From an uncultured Gammaproteobacteria bacterium (lineage in GTDB: Bacteria > Patescibacteriota > Microgenomatia > UBA8517), in contig CAZOVJ010000002.1 of assembly GCA_964583685.1 (NCBI GenBank), forward strand, positions 1 to 43,054: a stretch of 43,054 bases of DNA, given 5' to 3'. The notes below the pieces were generated by a model. The model was not told the DNA's origin. It did no database searches and saw only the letters and a program-made list of their open reading frames with translations. Both the position numbers and the translations under genes were made by a program. Positions 1 through 7,356 of the stretch are shown one piece after another (position 1 is the first letter of the stretch; the number at the start of each line of letters is the position of its first letter).

Positions 1-21
1 TATCCTTTTAGGACAAACAAG

Positions 22-714
22 TTAGATTCTGTTCCTGTGCATTTCTGAAAGCTGATTAGACGAAACTTTTTCATCTATAGTTGCAAGGAAAAAACCTATT
101 CCTAGTGTACCTTCAGTTACGATTTGTCGCCACCTTTCTCTTAAGGTTCTTTTCGAAGTAAAAACAATGCAATCTAGGGGGTTTTCGTTCCAATGCTCAA
201 GGGAAGGCATAAGAAAGTCGGGTTTCCCATTTATCACCTTCTGTTCATCAAATTTGTAGTCAAGCAGTTTAAAAAGAGAATTATGTATGTTTTCAAAAGA
301 TTTACCGGCTCGGGCTTTCCTCGATTGACTCAAAGATAGAAAAAACTTATCAAAGACGTTAAAATATACGCCTAAGATATTTCCCATACTAGAAAGCTCG
401 GAAATTTCATTATTTTCAATTAAGTAGGCAGTGAAGGCTTTAAAAACCTTTGTCCCGTACTCTTTTTCCGACTCAAGATATATTCTGTAGGCTTCTTTCT
501 CTGTTTCCTCTAGGAGATTATCAAAATTTTCTTTTACCTGCTCAACTGTATAATTATATTTACGAGCGATATTATCACGAGCTTCGTCCGCAATTTCTTT
601 TTGAGGTTTAAGAACTATTTCTCTTTCTTTGGCAAATTGCTTCAAATCTTGAACTGCAGGCATATGTAAAAACATTATAACAAAACTGATAAAATAATGT
701 TGCCGCGATGACAA
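22..714 (-). CDS. PD-(D/E)XK type II restriction endonuclease-like protein (EcoRII-C/SsoII/PspGI-like core). True start is more likely an internal Met near 672 or 660
   Basis: 230-aa ORF. The motifs SRKARAGKSFEN, KPDFLMP and FTSKRTLRERWRQIVTEG resemble, from memory, the SRxGxxFE / PDF / KxTxK(D/E)RWRQ core of EcoRII-C-type nucleases. No methyltransferase is visible in the window. Confidence 0.5.
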   Translation of the reverse strand: MSSRQHYFISFVIMFLHMPAVQDLKQFAKEREIVLKPQKEIADEARDNIARKYNYTVEQVKENFDNLLEETEKEAYRIYLESEKEYGTKVFKAFTAYLIENNEISELSSMGNILGVYFNVFDKFFLSLSQSRKARAGKSFENIHNSLFKLLDYKFDEQKVINGKPDFLMPSLEHWNENPLDCIVFTSKRTLRERWRQIVTEGTLGIGFFLATIDEKVSSNQLSEMHRNRI

Positions 715-1394
715 GACAAAACAAAATTAACTATCGGAGTCCGCTTGCCCAAAATCTATTTTTGCTCAGCCAAAACAAGAATTTCATCCAAGATCTTAAA
801 ACGATCAAGAGAGAACATCAAAAAGAGTTAGCTGCTCTCAAAAAGAATCGACAAATTCCATTTTTAATCGGGGGGGAAACCGGAAGCAAAAAACTACAAC
901 GCGATATTGAGTGCATCATTAGAAAATCTCCTCTTTACCCAACCCCTAAGATGAAAATTCTGAGATCGTTCGCCGTTTTCCTCCTGGTTGGAAACGACAC
1001 CCAACCGATATTGAAAGGCATCGAAGAAGACAAAGAGATAAATATGCTTATCCCACCTATCCCGGTAAAAATAATACCGGAAGAAAACAATATCACCATC
1101 ACTCTTTCATTTACTCCCTATCACACAAAAACGGACGCGAAAAAAGCGATTGACAAAAATTGGTTTCGGGTGGACAAGGTAACAGAAAAATATAAAGCAA
1201 AAACAACTCTTAAAATAAAGAAGCCGCAACCGATTACAGATTTCGAGAGAGATTGGAAAATATATCAAGGTAAAACAGTTAAAAAACAAACCTACAAGGA
1301 TCTCGCAGACAATTTCGGCGAAACATTTGTAAATGTGGTAGAAATCGTAAAGCAAATTCGGAAAAGAATATCCTCCCTATACCCTTCAAAATAA
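708..1394 (+). CDS. Hypothetical protein, Lys-rich, possible C-terminal helix-turn-helix
   Basis: 228-aa ORF divergent from the nuclease-like gene and followed by a hairpin terminator. The C-terminal segment KQTYKDLADNFGETFVNVVEIVKQIRKRI looks HTH-like. No family recognised. Confidence 0.45.
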   Translation: MTRQNKINYRSPLAQNLFLLSQNKNFIQDLKTIKREHQKELAALKKNRQIPFLIGGETGSKKLQRDIECIIRKSPLYPTPKMKILRSFAVFLLVGNDTQPILKGIEEDKEINMLIPPIPVKIIPEENNITITLSFTPYHTKTDAKKAIDKNWFRVDKVTEKYKAKTTLKIKKPQPITDFERDWKIYQGKTVKKQTYKDLADNFGETFVNVVEIVKQIRKRISSLYPSK

Positions 1395-1422
1395 CTAACT
1401 TAAATTGGTAGACCTTTTTTGT

Positions 1423-1454
1423 AAAAAAGCCCTTTAAAGACAGGGGCTTTTTTT
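1423..1454. terminator. Rho-independent-type hairpin (A-tract / GCCC ... GGGC / T-tract), potentially bidirectional
   Basis: The sequence aaaaaagccc-tttaaagacag-gggcttttttt lies directly after the stop at 1394. Confidence 0.5.
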
Positions 1455-1586
1455 CTTGCTGTAATCGGATTGTGACAAAACAAGACAATACGACCAAAAA
1501 GGTAAAGGTTGAAAATAAACCAATTACCGACGATTTAGTCAGATTTTTTGCCACGCTTATAAAAATCGACAAAAGGAGACAAAAAT

Positions 1587-1829
1587 ATGGATACATACAA
1601 AACAAAAGACATCTTTGAAGCCGCTTGGATCTACTCACAAGAAATTTCTCTACTCAGACTTGACCCGGACGAGAAATACTCCTGGTTTGTTTTTGCCGAC
1701 AAGGAACGCTGTGAAGCTCTATCTAATGATTATTGGGGCCGTAAGGCAGTCGGAAATATCAAACAGTTTGTCAGTAGTCTAAAAAGTTTAAAAGACTTGG
1801 TATTTTCAAAGAATCGAAATAAGTCGTGA
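1587..1829 (+). CDS. DUF5659-like small protein
   Basis: 80 aa with an aaggag RBS upstream. The pattern DIFEAAWIYSQ...LLRLD...KYSWFVF...EALSNDYW...VGNIKQFVSSLKSLKDLV matches my recollection of the DUF5659 fold common in CPR phage/mobile DNA. Confidence 0.5.
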   Translation: MDTYKTKDIFEAAWIYSQEISLLRLDPDEKYSWFVFADKERCEALSNDYWGRKAVGNIKQFVSSLKSLKDLVFSKNRNKS

Positions 1830-2016
1830 GGGTTCTGACCGTTACAGGCGATCAAGCGACATTAAATAAGTTGACGAAGACTAACGGCGACCGACCAAAG
1901 CGATCGACACCTATACAGATTTAACCGTTAAGACACCTCAGGCGACCGCCTAGGAGAAAATCTGGAAGGGAGAGAGAGCAGAAGGAGGGAGGAGTTCTAG
2001 GGAGAAAGGAAAAAAT

Positions 2017-2211
2017 ATGAAGAATCGACAAATCGACCAAAAAACGACAAAACAGATCCGAATAGACGCAGGCCTACATAAGATACTAAAGACTTATGCC
2101 GCAGAGTCCGAAATGAGCATTAAGGCGCTTCTAGAAGATTATTTATCAGACTTATTAGCAATCGATAAAAACAAAACCTACATTCCAGAGAAAAAAGGCG
2201 GTAAAAAATGA
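2017..2211 (+). CDS. Ribbon-helix-helix (Arc/CopG-like) DNA-binding protein
   Basis: 64 aa. The segment QIRIDAGLHKILKTYAAESEMSIKALLEDYLSDLL has a beta-strand then two-helix RHH pattern. It is preceded by a purine-rich SD-like tract. Confidence 0.5.
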   Translation: MKNRQIDQKTTKQIRIDAGLHKILKTYAAESEMSIKALLEDYLSDLLAIDKNKTYIPEKKGGKK

Positions 2212-2212
2212 T

Positions 2213-2317
2213 TTACGAAGACTTTTTGCGCTTAAGGCTAAAAATGGCAAGAAAATGGCAAGAAAAGGGTGGGGAAAATATGTTACGAAGGTTTTTGTCA
2301 CTCAAGGCTAAAAATGG
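2213..2317. repeat. Iteron-like repeats: a 35-nt imperfect direct repeat (2213-2247 and 2283-2317, 29/35 identical) plus an 11-bp tandem AAAATGGCAAG x2 (2241-2262) with a degenerate third copy
   Basis: Read directly. The core AAGGCTAAAAATGG is identical in both copies, and the copies sit 70 bp apart. Confidence 0.7.
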
Positions 2318-2363
2318 GTGTTTAAACGGTGTAAGAACGTGGGAAATTGACCAAAAAGTTTTT

Positions 2364-2393
2364 TTGAAAAATATGTCCAAAGTAGGTTATAAT
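2364..2393 (+). promoter_or_regulatory. Sigma-70-like promoter TTGAAA-18 nt-TATAAT
   Basis: TTGAAA at 2364-2369 and TATAAT at 2388-2393. The predicted start is about 2400, immediately before the 13-bp inverted repeat. Confidence 0.35.
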
Positions 2394-2403
2394 CATCATA
2401 GAA

Positions 2404-2482
2404 ATCAACAGCGACGGGATACTATCCAGTATCGAGCCCAAAAAGGGGCTACCTTCATAGGGCTTGATACGTCGCTGTTGAT
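2404..2482 (+). repeat. Perfect 13-bp inverted repeat (ATCAACAGCGACG / CGTCGCTGTTGAT) enclosing two small hairpins. Either a structured RNA or a DNA recognition site
   Basis: Arms at 2404-2416 and 2470-2482. Inner hairpins are gatact-atcc-agtatc and agccc-aaaaag-gggct. A second gggct at about 2459-2464 could pair alternatively. Confidence 0.6.
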
Positions 2483-2550
2483 AGTACCGGGGGTAGTCCC
2501 TTTTTGTTGACTAAACACCCCCGAAGCTGAAAGGGGGTGAGAAAGACAAT

Positions 2551-2940
2551 ATGAAGAAAAAAGTAATCATTATCGCAATCGTTGCCCTACTCGGGATCGT
2601 TCTTATAGCTAATTCCGGAAAAGAAGAAAACCAATCAACCGGAATCTCGACTTCACCGACGGCTATCCAGGTTCAAGAGAAAAACAGATTTACTGTCTTA
2701 AGCGGAATAGAGAGAGATCCGCAATCAGATGCTTATAGTGAGTTAGTCGTTCCGGAAATCAATATCTGGGAAGACGCCGGGCCGGATAGAGGCAAAACAG
2801 TAGGAACAATTTCTCACGATACCAAAGTGAAAATCTTGGAAGAAAAGACAACCGATCAACTCTACTACCGGGTTGAATCACCCGACGGTTTAACTGGTTG
2901 GGTTTCCGAGTTGTTTGCGACGGAGGTGATCGAAGAGTGA
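2551..2940 (+). CDS. Secreted or membrane-anchored SH3b-domain protein
   Basis: N-terminal hydrophobic signal/anchor MKKKVIIIAIVALLGIVLIA. The C-terminal segment GTISHDTKVKILEEKTTDQLYYRVESPDGLTGWVSELF is bacterial SH3-like. Confidence 0.55.
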   Translation: MKKKVIIIAIVALLGIVLIANSGKEENQSTGISTSPTAIQVQEKNRFTVLSGIERDPQSDAYSELVVPEINIWEDAGPDRGKTVGTISHDTKVKILEEKTTDQLYYRVESPDGLTGWVSELFATEVIEE

Positions 2941-4514
2941 AAAAATATATTGCCTACTACCGAAAATCGACTGATGTCGAAGACAAACAAGTCCTTTCTT
3001 TGGGGGATCAGGCTCGAGTTGTTCGGGAATTTTCTAAGTCAAAGGATCTATATGTTCCGAGGAAGTTAGAATTTGAAGAAAGCTATTCGGCCAAAGCTCC
3101 GGGAAGACCGGTTTTTGATAAAGTTGTTAGTCTTTTGCGTCAAAAAAAAGCCCAAGGAATTATCTCATATAAGGCAGATCGATTAACCAGAAACTATACA
3201 GACCTCGGAACCTTAGTCCAGCTTTTAGAAAATGAGATTGAAATTTGGACGACTGGTTTTGGTCAATACAAAAATGATGCTAACGGAATGATGTTTCTTG
3301 GCATCAATACCGTGATGGCTAAAAGGAAAATTGATGACCTTTCCGAAGATACGAAAAGAGGAATGGAAGGAAGAACAAAAAATGGCTGGTGGGCCGGACA
3401 GGCTAGGCTTGGCTACTTGAATGTCGACAAATATGGCAGAATTGTTCCTAAACAATACACGGCAGAAAAACAAAAACTTTTAGACCGACTTAAAAGATCT
3501 CTTTATCCAATAGAAAAAGATCCTCTAGTTGCTCCTTTTATCAAAAAAGCCTACGAGCTTTATTACTATCAGGACTATAGTCTTAAAACCTTAAGCGCCA
3601 TGCTTTACAAAGAAGGACTAAGGAGTAGATGTGGAAATAAAGTGGTAAAAACCTCGCTTTCTCAAATGCTTAAAAACCCTTTTTATTATGGAGTGAGCCT
3701 TTGGAAAAAAGAAATTAGAGACGATGCAAAACATCAACCGATTATTTCAAAAGAGCTTTATGATTTAGTTCAAGAGAAACTTTCCGGCAAATCGCCCTTC
3801 CAACCTCAACCTCAAAAGTTAGATTTTCTTTACCGAGGATTACTCTTTTGCGGGGAGTGCGGATGCTCAATTACTGCTGAAAGGCACACCAAAAAGATGA
3901 AGAACGGCAATGTCCACCGCTATATCTATTATCGTTGCACAAAAACAAAAGGGAATTGTAATCAGAGCTATATTAGTGAGGACAAACTTGAATTAGAACT
4001 CGGTAAAATCTTTAAAAACTTCATTCTTTCCAAAAAACGGGCTAATGCTATCCAATGCAAGCTCCGAGAGCTTTTCCAAGATGATCTAAGATACCAAGAC
4101 ACTCAGGAAAAAACCCTTAAAGATCGCTTAGAAGCCTTAAAAGAGGAAAAGAAAAAGATCTATCGTAAAATGGCTACCGACAAACTGCCAGACCAAGACA
4201 CTTACCTTGAGGTTAACAACGATATTCAAAATGAAATCGTCAATCTTCAGGAGAAGCTATCTAACATCGGCAGGCATTCTAAAGAGTGGCTAGAGCATTC
4301 TTCGAACCTTATCTACCTAGCTAAAAACGCTGATAAATTATTCTTAGAGGGAACAAAAGAGGAAAAACACACTTTGATAAACTGCGCGGCTTCGAACCTT
4401 TTTTTGAAAGACAGAAAAGTCTCTTTTAGCCTCAAAAAACCCTTCGCTATACTCGCTGAAAGTCAAAAAAGTACGACCTTGCTCCCCCGGTGGGATTCGA
4501 ACAATATATTATAA
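2937..4514 (+). CDS. Large serine recombinase (resolvase catalytic domain, recombinase domain, zinc ribbon, coiled coil)
   Basis: YYRKST catalytic-Ser motif near the N-terminus. Zinc ribbon CGECGCS...YYRCTK...GNC, followed by a coiled-coil region. The likely GTG start at 2937 overlaps the upstream TGA (GTGA). The ORF track starts it at 2898. Confidence 0.9.
   Translation: MKKYIAYYRKSTDVEDKQVLSLGDQARVVREFSKSKDLYVPRKLEFEESYSAKAPGRPVFDKVVSLLRQKKAQGIISYKADRLTRNYTDLGTLVQLLENEIEIWTTGFGQYKNDANGMMFLGINTVMAKRKIDDLSEDTKRGMEGRTKNGWWAGQARLGYLNVDKYGRIVPKQYTAEKQKLLDRLKRSLYPIEKDPLVAPFIKKAYELYYYQDYSLKTLSAMLYKEGLRSRCGNKVVKTSLSQMLKNPFYYGVSLWKKEIRDDAKHQPIISKELYDLVQEKLSGKSPFQPQPQKLDFLYRGLLFCGECGCSITAERHTKKMKNGNVHRYIYYRCTKTKGNCNQSYISEDKLELELGKIFKNFILSKKRANAIQCKLRELFQDDLRYQDTQEKTLKDRLEALKEEKKKIYRKMATDKLPDQDTYLEVNNDIQNEIVNLQEKLSNIGRHSKEWLEHSSNLIYLAKNADKLFLEGTKEEKHTLINCAASNLFLKDRKVSFSLKKPFAILAESQKSTTLLPRWDSNNIL
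4480..4502 (-). other. tRNA 3'-end fragment (T-loop to acceptor 3' strand), a candidate att remnant
   Basis: The minus strand reads GTTCGAATCCCACCGGGGGAGCA, which is a T-loop TTCGAAT, a 5-nt stem half, a 7-nt acceptor half and a discriminator. No matching 5' stem halves lie upstream. The fragment sits inside the last codons of the recombinase ORF. Confidence 0.4.
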
Positions 4515-4580
4515 ATAAATGAATTAAAGTTGACTTTTGGCCTAGATTTTGGTTAAATTCAGCAAGCAAGTAATTTAAAG

Positions 4581-4604
4581 ACTGCCTTAATCGGCAGTTT
4601 TTTT
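4581..4604 (+). terminator. Rho-independent terminator after the recombinase gene
   Basis: actgcc-ttaatc-ggcagt followed by a T-run. Confidence 0.6.
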
Positions 4605-4657
4605 ACAAATTAAGAATACTGCTCATAACCTCTGCCCTGTATTAAGGAGGTGAGGGT

Positions 4658-4984
4658 ATGAGAACAATCTTATTATTTAAATCGCTTCTTATCACTGCCT
4701 TGATTACTGCTTCCAGCGTATATGCCCAGTCCGACGATATTGCCAAGGTGGAAAACTTCATGCAAAACATAATTCAAACTTTGCTTACGCTTGCCGGGAT
4801 TTTGGCGGCACTTTTTTTTGTCTGGGGCGGGGTAGGCTATATCACAAGCTCGGGAAATCCGGAAAACCTTGAAAAGTCAAAAAAGACAATATTTTATTCG
4901 GGACTCGGTTTGGCAATAAGCATGGGAGCATACGTGTTAAGCAATATTGTAGTACAGCTTGCCCAAGGCGCATTTGGCAGATGA
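4658..4984 (+). CDS. TrbC/VirB2-like T4SS pilin
   Basis: Strong RBS aaggaggtga. Signal peptide ending VYAQ, then two hydrophobic helices around GYITSSGNPENLEKSKKTI, giving a typical VirB2 architecture. Confidence 0.7.
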   Translation: MRTILLFKSLLITALITASSVYAQSDDIAKVENFMQNIIQTLLTLAGILAALFFVWGGVGYITSSGNPENLEKSKKTIFYSGLGLAISMGAYVLSNIVVQLAQGAFGR

Positions 4985-6279
4985 TAAAGACAATTTTATC
5001 GATATTGGGAAGCATTATACTTTTCTTTGCCTTGGCCACGCCATCCTTCGCCCAAACCCCAAATCCCCAGGTAGAAGCTTTTTCTTCCGAAGTCTTAAGC
5101 GTAATAACTGTAATAGCTTTGATTTTTTCTGTTTTTGTTCTTATCAAAGGAGGCTATCTTTACATAACCTCGACCGGCAGACCCGAAGCCCTTGAAAACG
5201 CCAAAAGAACGATCAAGCATGCTTTAATGGGACTGATCCTTGTTCTTTCGGCAAGTGTATTTGCTTCTCTTTTATCCCATGCCTTTACAACGCCAAACAT
5301 CCCGGCGCTTGAAAGCCAAATTGTGCTTCAGCCAATTGAGCCCGAAACACCCAGCGACGGCTTGACCCAAATCCTTTTGGAAGCGGTTGCCGGATTTTTG
5401 CAAAGCATAATCCAGAGCGCAACCAAACCGATAACCGATGCAATCATTAGTTTTCTGACGACAACCCCTCTTGTTTCCACCAACTCGGTCATTTTCAACT
5501 TCTGGCTTGTCATCTTAGGAATAGCCGACGCCCTGTTTGTCGTAGTTATCGCCCTTTTGGGTCTTCAGTTTATGAGCACCTCAGCCTTCGGTTTTGAAGA
5601 ACTTGACTTGAAACACGTTCTGCCAAGATTGGGCCTTGCCTTTCTTGGAGCCAACGTATCCATTTATTTTATTGACTGGATAATAAGGGCAAGCAACGTC
5701 CTGGTGAATGCCGTTTTGTCTTCAACGGGTGGGATAAACGACGCCTGGATTTTAAATGCCTTTGACCCGGTCAATTTATCGATAGCCGGCGTAACCACAA
5801 TAACCCTTATTTTTATGGTGTTATTTATTATTCTTGCCACCGTCCTTTTGCTTTTTTATATCTCGAGGCTTATCATAATAGCCTTCGGCGCGGTAGTGGC
5901 TCCTTTGATTTTTCTTTTGTGGGCAATCCCTAAATTTTCCGACTTTGCCGAAATATCAAGTAAGGCCTATTTAACCGTCGTCTTTTCCGTCTTTGTCCAC
6001 GTTGTTATTATTCAGCTTGCCTCGGCATTTTTGTCCACAGGTAGCGGAACAGGTTCAACAACTATAATTCCCATCCTTGTCGGGATCGGTCTTTTTGTAA
6101 CCCTTTTGAAAGCTCAAGGCCTGATGATCCAGTTTACCTTCTACAACACGGGGAGGGCGGCTGTTAAAAAATTCGGTGGCCAAGTAATAAATGTCTTGAC
6201 CGCAAGACAAACTGAAAGCACAACCGAAACCGCCAAAAAATCGGCCGTTAAAAAGGCCAGAAAGGTGATTAGAGCATGA
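4981..6279 (+). CDS. VirB6/TrbL-like polytopic membrane protein with an N-terminal VirB2-like pilin module
   Basis: ATGA overlap with the upstream gene. Residues 1-105 are paralogous to the preceding pilin (YITSTGRPEALENAKRTI versus YITSSGNPENLEKSKKTI). The remainder has at least 5 TM helices and a basic C-terminal tail. Confidence 0.65.
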   Translation: MIKTILSILGSIILFFALATPSFAQTPNPQVEAFSSEVLSVITVIALIFSVFVLIKGGYLYITSTGRPEALENAKRTIKHALMGLILVLSASVFASLLSHAFTTPNIPALESQIVLQPIEPETPSDGLTQILLEAVAGFLQSIIQSATKPITDAIISFLTTTPLVSTNSVIFNFWLVILGIADALFVVVIALLGLQFMSTSAFGFEELDLKHVLPRLGLAFLGANVSIYFIDWIIRASNVLVNAVLSSTGGINDAWILNAFDPVNLSIAGVTTITLIFMVLFIILATVLLLFYISRLIIIAFGAVVAPLIFLLWAIPKFSDFAEISSKAYLTVVFSVFVHVVIIQLASAFLSTGSGTGSTTIIPILVGIGLFVTLLKAQGLMIQFTFYNTGRAAVKKFGGQVINVLTARQTESTTETAKKSAVKKARKVIRA

Positions 6280-6770
6280 AGACAACCGTTATACCGGCGC
6301 AAATTACAACCGTCGAGGACAAAATTGCTGGTAACTTAAATTTAACCCAGATAATTCTTCTACTCTCCTCCCTTTTTGTCGGAACCTTCGTCTACACGGT
6401 TCTGCCGAACAAAATGCAGTTCACCGCCTACAAAATACCTCTTATCATTTTTGAGTTTGCCTTGTTTGCCGGCTTATCTATAAGAATAAAGGGGAGAATT
6501 GTACTTCAGTGGCTGATTGTCCTTATTAGATACTGGATGCGCCCCAGAATTTACATTTTCAACAAAAATGAATTGTATTTAAGAAAAGTTGAAAGCCGCA
6601 ATAAAAAATCAGATAAAAGCGCGCTTAGCTTTTCCAAACAAAAAACAAAAGCCAAAAAGGAAAGCAAAAACACGCTTTCGGAAATACTGACACTTCTTTC
6701 AGATAAACAAAAAAAGTTTGGTTTTAAATTAGGTAAGAAGGGAAAATTGAATTTGGCTGTTTATGATTAG
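6276..6770 (+). CDS. PrgI/VirB3-like small membrane protein
   Basis: ATGA overlap with the upstream gene. The N-terminal EDKIAGNLNLTQIILLL segment is followed by two TM helices and RYWMRP, which is PrgI-family-like. Confidence 0.55.
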   Translation: MKTTVIPAQITTVEDKIAGNLNLTQIILLLSSLFVGTFVYTVLPNKMQFTAYKIPLIIFEFALFAGLSIRIKGRIVLQWLIVLIRYWMRPRIYIFNKNELYLRKVESRNKKSDKSALSFSKQKTKAKKESKNTLSEILTLLSDKQKKFGFKLGKKGKLNLAVYD

Positions 6771-7356
6771 AAAACATTCGTCAAGAAGACAAATAGACAT
6801 TAAAGAGGTAAGAGACGGGGTTCTCATTTTGCCGGGAGGAAAATACAGAACCTTACTTGAGGCCTCCTCGGTCAACTTTGAACTTAAAAGCGACGAGGAG
6901 CAGGATGTTTTGATTGATAACTTCCAGAATTTCCTAAACTCCCTTCCTTATCCCATCCAGATTCTGATAAGAATAAGGGAAATAGACATCGACGATTATC
7001 TTAATAAGTTATCGGAAAAAGGCAAAAGCGAAAAAGAAAAGGTTTATATCAAACAAATCAAAAACTACTCCAAGTTTGTCAAAAAGCTCGTTTCGGGAAA
7101 TAAGATTCTCTCCAGACGCTTTTATGTTGTTATCCCCTACGAGTCCGAAGACGGAAAAGGCGAGTTCAGTCTGGTAAGGGAGCAGATAAAACTCAATCAA
7201 GACATTGTGGTAAAGGGGCTTGAAAGACTGGGTATGAAGACAAAACACCTTGATTCAATCGACGTTCTGGAGCTTTTTTACAGTTTTTATAATCCGGCCC
7301 AAAGCAAAACCCAGCAGCTTAAGGAAAAGACCTTTGAATTTTTAACAAATGTTTAA
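6763..7356 (+). CDS. VirB4/PrgJ-family ATPase, N-terminal domain as a separate ORF
   Basis: QIDIKEVRDGVLILPGGKYRTLLEASSVNFELKSDEEQDVLIDNFQNFLNSLPYPIQILIR matches the N-terminal region of Gram-positive VirB4 homologues. The ORF overlaps its neighbours by 8 nt on each side. Confidence 0.6.
   Translation: MIRKHSSRRQIDIKEVRDGVLILPGGKYRTLLEASSVNFELKSDEEQDVLIDNFQNFLNSLPYPIQILIRIREIDIDDYLNKLSEKGKSEKEKVYIKQIKNYSKFVKKLVSGNKILSRRFYVVIPYESEDGKGEFSLVREQIKLNQDIVVKGLERLGMKTKHLDSIDVLELFYSFYNPAQSKTQQLKEKTFEFLTNV

Noticed and set aside
1107-1638. Minus-strand ORFs 1107-1355 and 1279-1638
   Set aside because: They are antisense to the 228-aa gene and span its terminator. The peptides are Phe/Leu/Cys-rich, typical of antisense AT-rich DNA.
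2208-2510. 100-aa ORF with an ATGA overlap to the RHH gene
   Set aside because: Its sequence is built from DNA-level direct repeats, contains a good promoter and a 13-bp perfect inverted repeat, and the peptide looks non-globular. I treat it as non-coding repeat/regulatory DNA, but coding cannot be fully excluded.
4842-5195. ORFs 4842-5147 (-) and 4959-5195 (+) across the pilin / VirB6 junction
   Set aside because: Both are out of frame with or antisense to the two pilin-like genes, which have signal peptides, an RBS and mutual homology.
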